A DNA stretch of 64,000 nucleotides, from the NCBI RefSeq assembly GCF_018350175.1, contig NC_058368.1:111354001-111418000 (forward strand), in the 5' to 3' direction. The notes beneath the pieces are model-generated. The model made no database searches. It had not been told where the DNA came from and was given only the letters and a program-made list of their open reading frames with translations. Shown here piece after piece: positions 51,531 to 63,810 of the stretch. Position numbers and translations under genes: made by a program. Origin of the DNA: Felis catus. Taxonomy: Eukaryota. Numbering within the stretch: position 1 is the stretch's first letter; each line of letters begins with the position of its first letter.

Positions 51531-52168
51531 TCTGAAAAGGGGCCCCTGGGTGGCTCAGTCAGTTAAGAGTCCAATTTCAGCTTAGGTCATGATCTTATGG
51601 TTCATGATTTCAAGACCTGTGTCGGGCTCTGGGCTGACAGCTCAGATCCTGGAGCCTGTTTCGGATTCTGTGTCTCCCTCTCTCTCTGCCCCACCTGCTC
51701 AATCTCTGTCTCTCTTTCAAAAATAAATAAACATTTTAAAAAAATTTATACAGGATCACTTCATATACTATTCTATTCTGTTCGTTACATGTGAATCAGG
51801 GGCCTAGCCCAGATTCAAGAGAAGGGGAATTTGATTCTACTATTGATGGGGCAATGGCAAAATTACTTTGTAGGACAGGGTGTGAGATGAGGGATATTAT
51901 TGTGGCAGTCTTTGGAAAACAATTTTGCTACAGGTAAACAGGGGGGCCTGGGTGGCTCATTTGGTTGAGTGTCCAACGCTTGGTTTCAGTTCAGGTCATG
52001 ATCTCACAGTTTGTGGTTTCAAGCCCCTAGCTAGGCTCTGTGCTGATAGCGCAGGGTCTGCTTGGGATTTTTTCTCTCCCTCTCTCTCTCTCTGCCTCTC
52101 CCCCACTCTCTCTCTCAAAATCAATAAATAAACTTAAAAAAGTCAACACTTGTTTGTTCATGGGGGGG

Positions 52169-52222
<54 letters not shown>

Positions 52223-53379
52223 TGCTTTTATGACTCATCAGATTAAAAAAAAATTAGGCAAACCTATCAGGAGGGACAAACTAAACACCAGGCATGCAGG
52301 TGTGTAGTTATGCATTAACAATTTCAGTTATTATCAAATTATCATTCATACGAATGAACAATCCCAGGCCGAATGGTGTTCCTTTCAGCCAGAGGAAGAG
52401 GATGATGTCAACTCATCTCTCCTCAGAAATGGAAGTAAAATCGAGCTTTCAAGACCAATGTGAATGCAACTTTCTTGCTGACAATAAGTGCAAGTGCCAC
52501 CTGGTGGTGAGACAGCCAAATGTGCCTTCTATCCTGTTGACAGTATTTACTGTGTTGTCATTAGGATGTACGTAAAGTATTTAATGGAAGACAACAGTTC
52601 ATCTGCAAGTGTACCTGTCCAAACAAACAGCCAAAGCACAAACACAGGAAGGGAGAGGACATAATAAAAAGGGAGTAGTAAACACAGGACATCCACTTTG
52701 GGGCATCAAGACAAATCAAATCACTCTCCTTTTTATTATTAATCCTCTGTCCTGTTGACTTTTATGCATCTTCAAATTAGGTATGAAGGCTAGGAGAGAG
52801 GATAATCTAAAGGAAAGGTTTGGGGTGCCTGGCTGGCTCAGTCGGTAGAGCACGTGACTCTTGGATCTCTGGGTGGTGTGTTTAAGCCCCATATTGGGCC
52901 TAGAGCTTACTTAAAAAACAAACACAAACAAACAAACAAAACCCCAGAAAGGTTTGCTATTACATACAAGGCAAAGGAGGTAGTTTAGCCAAATGATGAC
53001 TATAGTGATCAGCTTTAGAACTGCTGGCTCTTTCCTCCATGTTGTCCATTGTCTCAGATCCTCCTGGACCCACAGGCACTTGAGAACTTACTACAGCAAA
53101 ACCCTGGTGGCCTATTTAGAAAGTAAGAATAATCATTCGGTCAGATTGATGATGCATCTTTCTAGTTTAACAATCTTTGAAGGGAACAAGGGGACGATAG
53201 TTATTACACTAGAACTGTATGATCCAAATAATAATGGCTACCAGTCTGATGTGGTTACTGTGCACCAGGCACTATGCTCATCACTTTACATCTCATTTAA
53301 TCTACATAACCCTATATGATTTCATCCTGTTTTACAGATGAAGAAACTGAATTTTTTTTTCCTCCAAATATTTTTTTAT

Positions 53380-53425
<46 letters not shown>

Positions 53426-54153
53426 GAGAATGAGCAGGGGAGGGGCAGACAGAGAGGGAGACAGAATCCCAAGCAGGCTCTGCACTGTCAGCACAGAGCC
53501 CATTGTAGGGTTTGAAGTCACCAACGGAGAGATCATGACCTGAGCCAAAGTCGGATACTCAACCAAATGAGCCCAGGAGGAAGCTAAACTTTAAGAAAAG
53601 TAAGGTAACTTGCTGATGACCCACACAGTGTTACAGATGTTGGAGTTGGGATTCACCATAAGGCTTAAAAAGCCTAGGTTTCTCTCAGCGTTGCCTCATC
53701 TACCACTGGTTTCACGTTAAGATCTTTGAAATCTATTTCTGTTTTCAACCTCTTAACATCAGTTTCAAAGCTGCACTCTACACTAATGCAGCACTGCTGT
53801 CCGCTCAAAGCTTGCTTTATTGATTTTAGGAGGCTCTAGCTCCTAATTGCTGACAAGGAGAGCCATTCTTTCCAACTCCTCTGGGTATTGTCTCTTAGCT
53901 CCCCTGCTCCTCCTGCCCCTGCCTAGCTCTGGAATGCGGAACCCTGTCCCTTTATTGCACACTTCCCGTCGCCAACAAGGCCTTCTTCCTTCTGGACCTC
54001 TCTGGCTGTAGGCTAGAGGTGGCCCAACGTCTTCTAGGATCCAGCCTTGGGGGGTAGATTAGGGAGGGGGAAGACTGCCCTGCAGGTGGGTTAGTTAAAA
54101 CCAACCCCGAAACAAAATCTTCCCGCTGCCCCAGAGTTCGCAGGACGTATGGT

Positions 54154-54284
54154 TAGGGTTACCAGATGTAGCAAATAAAATTACAGGACGCAGTTACATT
54201 TGAGAATAGGAAGTAAAAAACTATTCGTTGTTTCTGTGAAATTCAGATTTAACTGGGTATCCTGTATTTTACCTGGCAACTGTA
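54154..54284. mobile_element. MER53-like palindromic MITE (internally deleted)
   Basis: tagggttaccagat...aattacaggacgcagtta and taactgggtatcctgtattttacctggcaac form inverted arms matching MER53 as I recall it. Confidence 0.8.
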
Positions 54285-54299
54285 GATAGGGTAGCAGGG

Positions 54300-55080
54300 G
54301 TAAAGCAGGAGATTCGGGGCATTGAAAGGAGGAGGCTTCTGGGCCTTTTTAGGGAATGCAGAGCCACTCGGGCGTATTGTGTGCTGCTGGCGGCCAGATT
54401 GGCTCGCGCGCGTACCGAGAGGGCCGCGGCCTTCTGTTGGAATCCCGTCTAAGACTTGGGGATCAGGAAAGTTCGAAGAGACCCGACATGTCCGGCTCTT
54501 GAACAGCCGCAGGTCCCACCGCACAGGCCCCGAACTACAAGCCACAGGCAGGCCGCCCGACCTCAAGATGGCGCCCGCGACGACTGCCAGCTGCCAAGAT
54601 GGCGGCACGGAATCGCGCTCGCGCTCGCGCTCCCGACTCCCCTCCCCCAGGCCTCTTGGGGGTTGGGAGCGCAACGCGCGTAGCGGTGCGCGGGTTGCCC
54701 TGCGTCCTGGGTGGTGGTCCCGCCAGCCGCCGGCCCCGCGCCATGCGTCTCTTCGGCTGGTGGCAGCTCCTGCTTTGGGTGCTGGGGCCTCCTGCCTGCG
54801 GCCTGGAGGGTGAGTGCGTGCTGGGGCCGTGGCCGGGGGCGGCAGGCGGCTGCGGGTGAAGTGACCGGGCGCGGTGGAGGTCTGTCGAAGTGACGCTCTT
54901 AAACCTGCGCGGGGGCCCGCGGCGCGCCCCTCGGCCCTAACTGGGGCGGCCGGCGCGCCCACTCCCGCATCGTCGTGACCTTTCACGCCGGTGGTCTGTT
55001 CTCTGGGTCAGGGGTGGCGAGGACCCTGTTCCGGCTCCCGCAGCAGCAGGCGTCAGTCAGCCAGGAGTGACCCTGTATTA
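54300..55080. promoter_or_regulatory. CpG island / TXNDC15 promoter
   Basis: CpG-dense. Inverted CCAAT box (ATTGG, 54398-54402), two YY1 motifs CAAGATGGCG (54564, 54595) and a partial ZNF143/THAP11-type ACTACAA near 54534. Confidence 0.9.
54743..54809 (+). CDS. TXNDC15: TXNDC15 exon 1 coding part (signal peptide)
   Basis: gccATG start, then hydrophobic MRLFGWWQLLLWVLGPPACGLE and donor G|gtgagt. An in-frame upstream ATG exists at 54599. Confidence 0.88.
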
Positions 55081-55354
55081 GCGTTTACTGAGCCTTAGCT
55101 TTTATTATGAATGATAAAAATCATAACGAATAGCCGCCATTTATGGTGCCCTTCCTAGGAGGCGGAACAGTGCCTTGTCTCAGGGTAGTCCTCTCAGCTA
55201 CCCTAGGAGATAGGCTGCAAGAGTATCTCCGTGTTACAGGTGGAGACGCCTGAGTTGGAGGTTCGGGTAATGGCAGAGGTTGTCTATTTACCTGCAGAGC
55301 CCACGCTTTCCTTTGCATCCTGATGGATCGCTTTTTTGTTTGTTTTTTAATTGA

Positions 55355-58300
55355 AAACTTTTTTTAATGTTTGTTTATTTTGAGGGGGGGGGCAAGCAGA
55401 GGAGAGGGAGAGAGAATCCCAAGCAGGCTTTGTGCTGTCATTGAGGAGCCCTACCTGGGGCTAGATCTCACAAACCGCAAAATCATGACCTGAGCTGAGG
55501 TCCAGAGTGGTGTGCTTAACCCTTCGAGCCATCCAGGTGTCTCTGGATCACTCTTCTAAGAAGGTGGCTCTTGCTCAAGTGGCTGTATGAAGGACAGATG
55601 AGAAAAATACAGGAGACTCCCAGGGTAACCCACTGCTTGCGGTGGCATGCTCTCAGGGCATTCTCAGGTTGGGAGGCAGCCACCTCGGAGGCATGGCTGG
55701 GGCCAGGAGTGGGGTCTTAACCCTCAGGGCTGCCTCACACCGCTCCTCAGTTCTATTAAAGTCCAGACCCTTTGACCTTGCCTGTAATTCACTACAGGAG
55801 TAGGCAGGTCTTTCCTTTCCCCTGGGGTGGGGGTGTCCTGGAAGGAGGCAGGGTAGCTGGGTATCAGGGAGAAGAGTGAATAGTAACACAAATGTTATTA
55901 ATGAAAGCCCTGGTTATGTGGCAGGTGCTGTGCTTAGTGCTTCATGAGTATCATCTTACTGAATTTTCAAATGCTTATGAAGCAATTGTTGCTGTGGTCC
56001 CCATTTGACAGATCAGGAAACTGAGACTCGGCATCAGTAAGTCTTTTGCCAAGGTCTCCAACATCCGGAAGTTGAAGAACTATGTTTCAAGCCCATGTCT
56101 GCCTACCTCATGATCACACCTCTGTACTACACCTCCCTGTCCCTGCACTTAACCACCAGCTTCAGAGAGGGGACAGCATGTGTTGGATAACTTTTGTTTG
56201 TTTCTCAGATCATTCTCTAGACTTCTCTACCCTGTGCTGTGCCTGAGTGGCTGTCCTGTATGGCATAATAACTGGCTCTCTTGCCTCCTGCCCCTCTGTG
56301 GGTTGGAATGAGGGGAGAGTGAGGTCAGGATATTGATTCTCTCAGCTCCCTCCCCCAGGGATTATCACGGCTTGGCTTTGTCCGTCCATGGAAAGTCATA
56401 GCTTCTAGAAGGCTAAGCTCACTGTTTCAAGGTTCTGTGACTGTTTCTGTTTCTGAACTCTTAGAGTCTGTGGGTGGTAACTTGCTCCCTCTCTGCTTTA
56501 CTGGCCTTGGAGTTCCTTACCATTGCTCTTCGTTTCTTCACAGCCAGCCCATACGTTGGTGGTGCCTTTACTGATTTCAGCTTGCCCAAGTTGAGTGTGC
56601 TGTCTGCACAGGGGACTTAGTGTTAAAGTCAGTGGGAGCCCACTTGGCAGTCTGGGTCATGTGCATGCAGACCTGAAGAAACACTAGCCTTAAGGTGGGC
56701 CATTGGTCATCATGGCCAGGCCATGAATGGGGTGAGGACAGACGGACTTTCACCAGCTGTGTCCTTTTTAGGGGGCTGAAAATCCAAGGCTTTTTTGTCT
56801 TAGTGGACACCACTGGCAGATTAGCACCTAGAGGTAGCAGTGCTATCCAGGTGTCAAAGCACAGGAATGAACTCCTGGCTTCAGCACCCCATGCCTGTCT
56901 TCACTAAGCAGTCAACTAGCAGATTTTTCCTGAGCACCCATCCTATGTCATATACTCTGCTGGGCATTTGAGGTACAGTGGTGAGCCAGATGGAGAAACA
57001 GGACTGCCCTCTTGTATGATGGGGAAGGCAGGCATGAAATGACTACAAAGAAGTAAATTTCAAGAGTGGAAAATGCTAAATCCTTCAGGGAGAATCCCAT
57101 GGCATTATTGGGTGGATTGGATGCAATGGTAGACACCTCTGGTCTGGGTCTGGGAGGATGAAGTTCACCTTAAAGTGGTGAAGTAAGTGGTAAGATCTGA
57201 AAGATGAGGGTTGCTTGGGTGGCTCAGTCAGTTAAGTGTCCTCTTAATTTCAGCTCAGGTCATAATCTTGCAGTTTTGTGGGTTCAAGGCCTACCTCAGG
57301 CTCTGGGAGCCTGCTTGGGATTCCCCTTCTCTCTCTGCCCCTCCCTCACTTGTGCTCTCTCTGTCTCTCTCAAAATAAACAATAAATTTAAAAACAGAAA
57401 GAAAACCCTCAAAGATGAGTCGGATTAGCCAGAAGGAGAGAGAGTAGAGGGCTTTCCTGGCAGGGAAACAGCCCTTGGGACAAGTAGGTGGAGGAGATCA
57501 TGAGTGTGCAGGGAACAGAAATGTCTGGTGATGCCTGTTGAGAGTGTGGACAGTGGCCACTTCACGTGGTGCCTGGGTATCACTGCTATGGACTGTAGAC
57601 TCATTCACAGGCAAGGGGAAGCCACTGAAAGGGTTTTAGTGACATGATCAGACTTGCCTTTAGCTTTCAGTTCCTCTTGTGTTGCTGTGAGGAACAGGGT
57701 CTGGAGAGGGAAGAGAGGGTCAACCATGGAGCCCAATTGGGTACTACAGCAATTGTCCAGGTAACAAATGGCGGTGGCCTGGACTGAAGGGCGTGAGTGG
57801 GGATGGGAGAACTCTAGAATGTAGTTAGCAGAGGAATTCATAGAACTTAGTTATAGTGCCTTTCCATCTCTTTGAATCGTAAACCTCAGTCATCATCATC
57901 ACTACAGGCCTTGAACCCACAAAACTGCGGGTGATGATCATCATTTATGGAGTGCTTACCACATGCATGGGACTACATACATCTTTTTTCGTTTAATCTG
58001 CACAGGAGCCCTGTGAATTTCTGTATTGTGGTATTTTCTCCATTTTTTAGATGAGCGCAGTATTTCCTATTGAAAGAATGGGTTGCTGGCCCTCGAACCC
58101 CTGGCTGTTTTTGGTCCTTTCCCATGTGGCTCCCTGCCTCAGAAACCATTGTGAAAAACCTGGGGCTGGTTCAGAGTCTTCTGAACAAAATTGGAAGGGT
58201 GTGAAGGATCTGACCTAGGTTATGGCTCCCTGGCAGCACTGGCGTGGTGCCCCTACCCTTATTCTCCAGACATCTTCCTTTCTGCCAGTAAGGTAGTAAT

Positions 58301-58630
58301 TTTCACCGTTGCATCGCTCAAACTGTAATTGCCTTGTTGAGGTTAAGAAACAGTCTCTTTTAATTCTCTTTCCCTCTCTCTCTGTACCCCCCCCCCCATA
58401 AATAAATAAACTTAAAAGAAGCAGTCTCTTTTATTTTATTTATTTTTAATGTTTATTTATTTTTGAGAGAGAGAACAAGCAGGGAAGGGGCAGAGAGAGA
58501 AGATAGAGGATTGGAAGCAGGCTCTGTGCTGACACCAGAAAGCCCAATGTGGGGCTCGAACTCAAGAACCCTGAGATCATAACCTCAGCTGAAGTCAGAT
58601 GCTCAACTGACTGAGCCACCCAGGTGCCCC
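55355..58630. mobile_element. Three Can-SINEs plus MIR/L2-like relics in TXNDC15 intron 1
   Basis: Copies at 55355-55543(-), 57208-57400(+) and 58430-58630(-). Confidence 0.8.
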
Positions 58631-60340
58631 TGTACCCCTCTATTTTTGTGTACCCTCCCCAGTTCTCCATGAATTGTGACGTTTTCCAGTCTAGCTGGTG
58701 GGAACAGGTGCTTTTCTCAACTCTGTGTGATCCTAATCCTTTTGAGTGTTTTTTTTCCCCCCAGCTTTGGGAGCTTACTCACATGCAGATGTTGACTGGT
58801 GTCCTTGAGGGGGTGCGGGGAGGGTCTCTCTCCAGGTCTTGAATCCTGTCTCTGCAGCTTGCCCATCTCCACTTATTCTGTCCCACAAACTCTTTCTTGG
58901 TCTCTCTGAACCCTCAGTACTTACTGTATCCTCAACTTGAGGAGTCTCCTGGACTGCCTGCTTTCCCCTCCTGAGCCATGGCAGGAACTCCCTCGGGCGG
59001 GCGGTAAGCTGGAGCATTTGTAGGGCTGTCCTCACCGATTTCTCTTCCTGTTTCTCAGTGATCCCTGTCCTTCGTTGCCTGCTAACTAGTCTCCTGAAAC
59101 TGTTTCACATTTTTGGCCTTTTTTGGGAAACTGTTTCACATTTTTCAATATGGAGGGTAAATCTGGTCCCTTTTACCCCATCTTATCCAGAAACAGAATT
59201 CTCAGAGAATGTTTTTAAACTGGTGAATGAATCTGTAAATCTCTATGGGGATATTCTTGGAGAACTTTTACAAATGTGCATACTTTAGGAAGCTCCCAGA
59301 CCCCCTCCCAACTTTGAAGCCAGTTGGTTAGTCACACTTTGGGGACATGCTTTTGGCATGGCAGAGCCCATTACCTGGCTGGTGGTTTCCCAGCCACATG
59401 ATGAGTTTGTCTGAGTGTGGCTGGGCTCATTTGTTTCCTCTGGTCGGTGCCTGGCATAGAGTCTGGCAGCTCTTGTTGAGTTCATGGGAACTGGAAGGTG
59501 GGAGTCGTTGTTATAGAAGTGAGTGGAGATTGCTCAATGGATGTATAAGACTGCCCTAGACTTCCCTTACCTGAGCATTTTACCCACTCTCTGTCTAATG
59601 GCTCCAAAGTGAAAGGAAAGTCCTCCTTCCCCCCTGCTGCTGTCCCTGCACTGAGGAGCCCACCTCCTGGCACTCGTACAGGCAGTAGCCCAAGGGCAGC
59701 AGGCTCTGGCTGGAGAGTCCACCCCATGCAGTGTTCTCAGGCCTTGTGGCACAGCAACCCTGGAGGTATCATGTAGGGGAGGGGAGGGTAAGGCCCAATC
59801 TGGAGGAGCAGCCAGGACATTTAACTCCTTGACCTGGCTCTGCTACTTACTAGCTTGTGTGCATTTGGCCATTACACTACCTCTCTGTGCCTCAGCTTGG
59901 TCCACCTATTTGGTGGGGATGGTGACCCTTGTGCTGCCGGTCTCACAGAGCTTTTATAATGTGCGCAAAGATGCTTTGCTGTAGTGGAATTTTCTATAAA
60001 GGCATCATTATTTTGTCAGATAGTCTCATCAAACAAATGAAATTGTTAGTGTTTGTGTTGTATTTTCCTTATTGGATGTCTGCCCTGGAATGTTTTTGCT
60101 TATAATCCATAAAGCAGGTTTCAGGTTTTGCATGAAGCTGTGTATTTATTTGTCCACTTTATATTTGGCATTGATTAGTACCTTCATGATCTGGAGACTA
60201 GGGGTGGTCCTCTGATAGTTTCATGGACAGGTTACCGTTTTTCCCTATAGGGGAGCGTTTCTTATTTCAGGAGAACTGTAAATCTTTGGGGTTCATGTGC
60301 TCTGAAGTGACATGACTGTGAACATGCTGGCACGTTTTAG

Positions 60341-60834
60341 TTGCAGAGGAACACAGTCACTTGCCGTCGGAGGAACAGTCTGCGCCGGCTCTGCAGGCAG
60401 GGGCCCTGTCGGTGGCTGAGGAGCAGCCCTCCCGCGGCCAGGCGGGACAGGACAGATCAGCCGGAGATGCGAGTGCAGTGCTGGGGCTGGACACGGGTGG
60501 TGACCACGTGGTGATGCTGTCCGTGATCCCTGGGGAGGCTGAGGCTGAGGCCAGGCTGGGCCGTGAGCTGAGCAGCGGCACCTGCGGGGCCGGAGGGGAG
60601 GAGGACTCACGCTGCAGTCTCCGAGAGCATCTGTTCTCTCTGGATGGCGCCGGGGCGAGCTTCCCGGACCGAGAAGAGGAGTATTACCCGGAGCCCGAAG
60701 TGGCTGACACGGATCCAGCCCCGCCCGAGGACTCCAATAACACTGAGAGTCTGAAATCCCCCAAGGTGAACTGTGAGGAGAGAAATGTGACTGGATTGGA
60801 GAACTCCACTCTGAAAATTTTAAATATGTCACAG
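60341..60834 (+). CDS. TXNDC15: TXNDC15 exon 2
   Basis: ttttag| ... CAG|gtaaga; 494 bp, phase matches exon 1. Encodes (V)AEEHSHLPSEEQ...SPKVNCEERNVTGLENSTLKILNMSQ, with several N-x-S/T sequons. Confidence 0.94.
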
Positions 60835-61966
60835 GTAAGAAAGAATGGTTTAGCACTTTTCATCTTTTCAGTATGTGGGTTTTATGACTTAATATTCTCA
60901 ACCTTCAAATGGAGGGTCACAGTCTTTATCCTTTTGTAAGCGGGGCTGCATCAGTGAAAATTGACTTGCGTCTCTGATGTTTGTAGGGACAGGAAGAGAT
61001 ATGACTAGTGTTGATTATGCTTTTTAGGTGGCTTAAGCCTAGTCACCTTGGGGTGCCCTCACCACCAAGCCTCATGATGAAAATCCCAGTGCACAGATAG
61101 GCACTTGGCATCAAAATCCTAGCAGTTTTCTTCTTCCCTGAGGTCTTTGTTAGAGGCAACTTAAAAATACCTGAACTACTGAAATTGTGATTTAGCATTG
61201 TTTAGACCAGTGATACTCCTGGGAGGCATGTTCTAGTAATGAAAAGTTTCTTTCCTCCAAAGAATATGACTCCAGTATTTACTCCAGAGTGAGAGCTGAG
61301 ACCATTGTCCCCATCCCAGCCACGCATTTCCAGCCTGTTGCATAAAGGATGATTCCAAAGAGAACACTGGGATAACGACTGACTGTTTCTGTAAGATTGT
61401 TAAGCCAGATAGCAGGATGTGTTCAGTCTGCTTATGTAAGAGAAGAAATCCTAGCTCTGCAAGGTGTGGCTGCTTATTTTAGATGAGGATGTGTAGTACA
61501 TTGAGCATCCGTAGCCCCTCCCAAGTGCAGGGGTCAGCCCTGGCCTCACTGCCTCCCCTGAGTGCTCTGTGGGACTGATTCTTGGCACACACATGGCCAG
61601 GAGAGTGCACTTTCAGCAGTCTGAGTGAGGGTGGTAGCAGGGATGGTGCACCCTTAAATTGAACTAGCCTTTGGCCAGCCAAATACATTCATCTGACTGC
61701 TTAGTACAGACTTTGATCTGCTGAGATGATGGTGGAGATGACAGTGCTTTAATCGTGCCATTAGATTGTGTGTGAGGCACAGGTCAGAGGCTGGGACAGT
61801 AGCCTGTGTCCTGTGACTACTTAGTATTTGAATTGTTGAATTATGAAAAATAATATTGCTCTCTAGTAGTATCAAGAAAGCTTACAGGAAAGTTTATGAT
61901 TTGTCGTTTCATAATACTTTTCTACTGTTTCATGGATTCATATGGTTCAAAACCCAAAAGGTTCTT

Positions 61967-62686
61967 TTAAATTTTTTTTCTTTTTTTTATTATTTAAAAA
62001 CATTTTTTTGGGGCGCCTGGGTGGCTCAGTCAGTTAAGCGTCCGACTTCAGCTCAGGTCACGATCTCACGGTCCGTGAGTTCGAGCCCCGCGTCGGGCTC
62101 TGGGCTGATGGCCCAGAGCCTGGAGCCTGCTTCCGATTCTGTGTCTCCCTCTCTCTCTGCCCCTCTCCCGTTCATGCTCTGTCTCTCTCTCTCTGTCTCA
62201 AAAATAAATAAACGCTAAAAACATTTTTTTTAATGTTTATTTTTGACAGCGCACGCGCGCGCACGAGAGAGAGACAGACAGACAGAGCGTGATTGGGGGA
62301 GGGGCAGAGAGAGAGGGAGACACAGAATTCGAAGCAGGCTCCAGGCTCCGAGCTGTCAGCACAGAGCCCGACATGGGGCTTGAACTCATGGACTGCGAGA
62401 TCATGACCTGAGCTGAAGTCGGACACTCAACCAACTGAGCCACCCAGGCGCCCCTTTAAAATTTTTTTTTTTTTAACATTTAATTCATTTTTGAGAGAGA
62501 GAGAGAGAGAGAAACAGAGCTTGAATGGGGGAGAGGCAGAGAGAGAGAAGGAGACAGAATCTGAAGCAGGCTTCAGGCTCTGAGCTGTCAGCACAGAGCC
62601 CCTTGTGATGCTTGAACTCACAGACCACAAGATCATGACCTGAGCTGAAGTCGGACACTTAACTGACTGAGCCACCCAGGCGCCCC
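61967..62686. mobile_element. Triple-nested Can-SINE cluster
   Basis: Copies at 62010-62215(+), 62231-62454(-) and 62455-62686(-), with three nested TSD pairs. Confidence 0.9.
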
Positions 62687-62850
62687 TAAAATCCAAAAGG
62701 TTCTTAAGGGGATGCCCTACATCTCCCTTGGGCTGGTGTCCCTCCTCCTCGCCTTGGAAGCAGCGGTGTTTACAGTTTCTCGGGCATCTGTCCGGAAAAA
62801 GGTACGTGCACATTTACTGCTGACTTTGACACTTGTTCCTTTTACCACAG

Positions 62851-63014
62851 GACCTCATGGATTTTCTAAACCCAAACGGTAGTGACTGCACCCTAGTCCT
62901 GTTTTACACCCCGTGGTGCCGATTTTCTGCCAGTTTGGCCCCTCATTTTAATTCTCTGCCCCGGGCATTTCCAGCTCTTCATTTTTTGGCACTGGATGCA
63001 TCTCAGCACAGTAG
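62851..63014 (+). CDS. TXNDC15: TXNDC15 exon 3, thioredoxin domain; gene continues past the window
   Basis: ccacag| ... AG|gtatgt; 164 bp. Encodes [54 protein letters not shown]. Confidence 0.96.
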
Positions 63015-63524
63015 GTATGTTCCCTCAATAGAGTTTACGTGTCATCCTTCCAGATGAGGGTTGCGGTTATTTGGAGGTCATCATCGGTTCAGTTAGAGGC
63101 AGAGCAGGTAGGTGTGGAGTAGCGGGGGGGGGGGGGGGGGGGGTCGGGGGATAGAGAGGGTGAGTGGTAAGGATTGTCAGACTTCTCAGGGAGCTGATGC
63201 CTCCCTCTCTGGAGGCCCGTTAAGAGGAGGGATTGTTCTCTGCATGGTGGAATTTAAAGGTTGCTCCGTCTGATGGCAGTGGAGGGGCCAGAGGATTATT
63301 TAGGGTTTTGGCCAGACTGAATTAGCAAAATTAGTGTCACAAGTGTGACCTTCCTGAGACTCAACCCCAGTTTAGGTTTCCACTCCTAATAGCCCAACTC
63401 AGCATCCATTTCTGTGTCGGCTAAGGATTTATTTCTTAACTTCTGTTATTTCTTTCCTTTCTTTTCCTCCCCCATTCTTCTTTCCTTTCTCTCTTTTTTT
63501 TTAAATGTTTATTCATTAAAAAAA

Positions 63525-63810
63525 TTTTTTTCCTTATTTTTAAATTTTTTTAAATTTACATCTAAGTGAGTTGGCATATAGTGCAACAATGATTTCAGGA
63601 GTAGATTCCTTTAATTCCCCTTACCTATTTAGCCTATCCCCCCCTCCCACAACCCCTCTAGCACCCCCTCTGTTTGTTCTCCATATTTAAGAGTCTCTTA
63701 TGTTTTGTCCCCCTCCATGTTTTTATATTATTTTTGCTTCCCTTCCCTTGTGTTCATCTGTTCTGTGTCTTAAAGTCCTCATATGAGTTAAGTCATATGA
63801 TATTTGTTCT
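63525..63810 (-). mobile_element. Carnivore L1 3' end fragment
   Basis: T-rich tail followed by ...tttgttctccatatttaagagtctctta...tcctcatatgagt. Confidence 0.75.

Larger units (their letters stand above)
42972..53575. mobile_element. Repeat-dense intergenic region with about 19 Can-SINEs
   Basis: Copies near 42972, 43330, 43959, 44272, 44520, 44850, 45135, 46428, 47105, 47458, 49192, 49537, 50125, 50640, 50704, 51539, 51941, 52821 and 53370. Confidence 0.8.

Noticed and set aside
54249..54986. 245-aa antisense ORF over the TXNDC15 promoter
   Set aside because: GC-rich, low-complexity, non-ATG start and no recognisable domain. Long ORFs are expected by chance in CpG islands.
60293..60856. 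187-aa antisense ORF
   Set aside because: Shadow of the GC-rich TXNDC15 exon 2.
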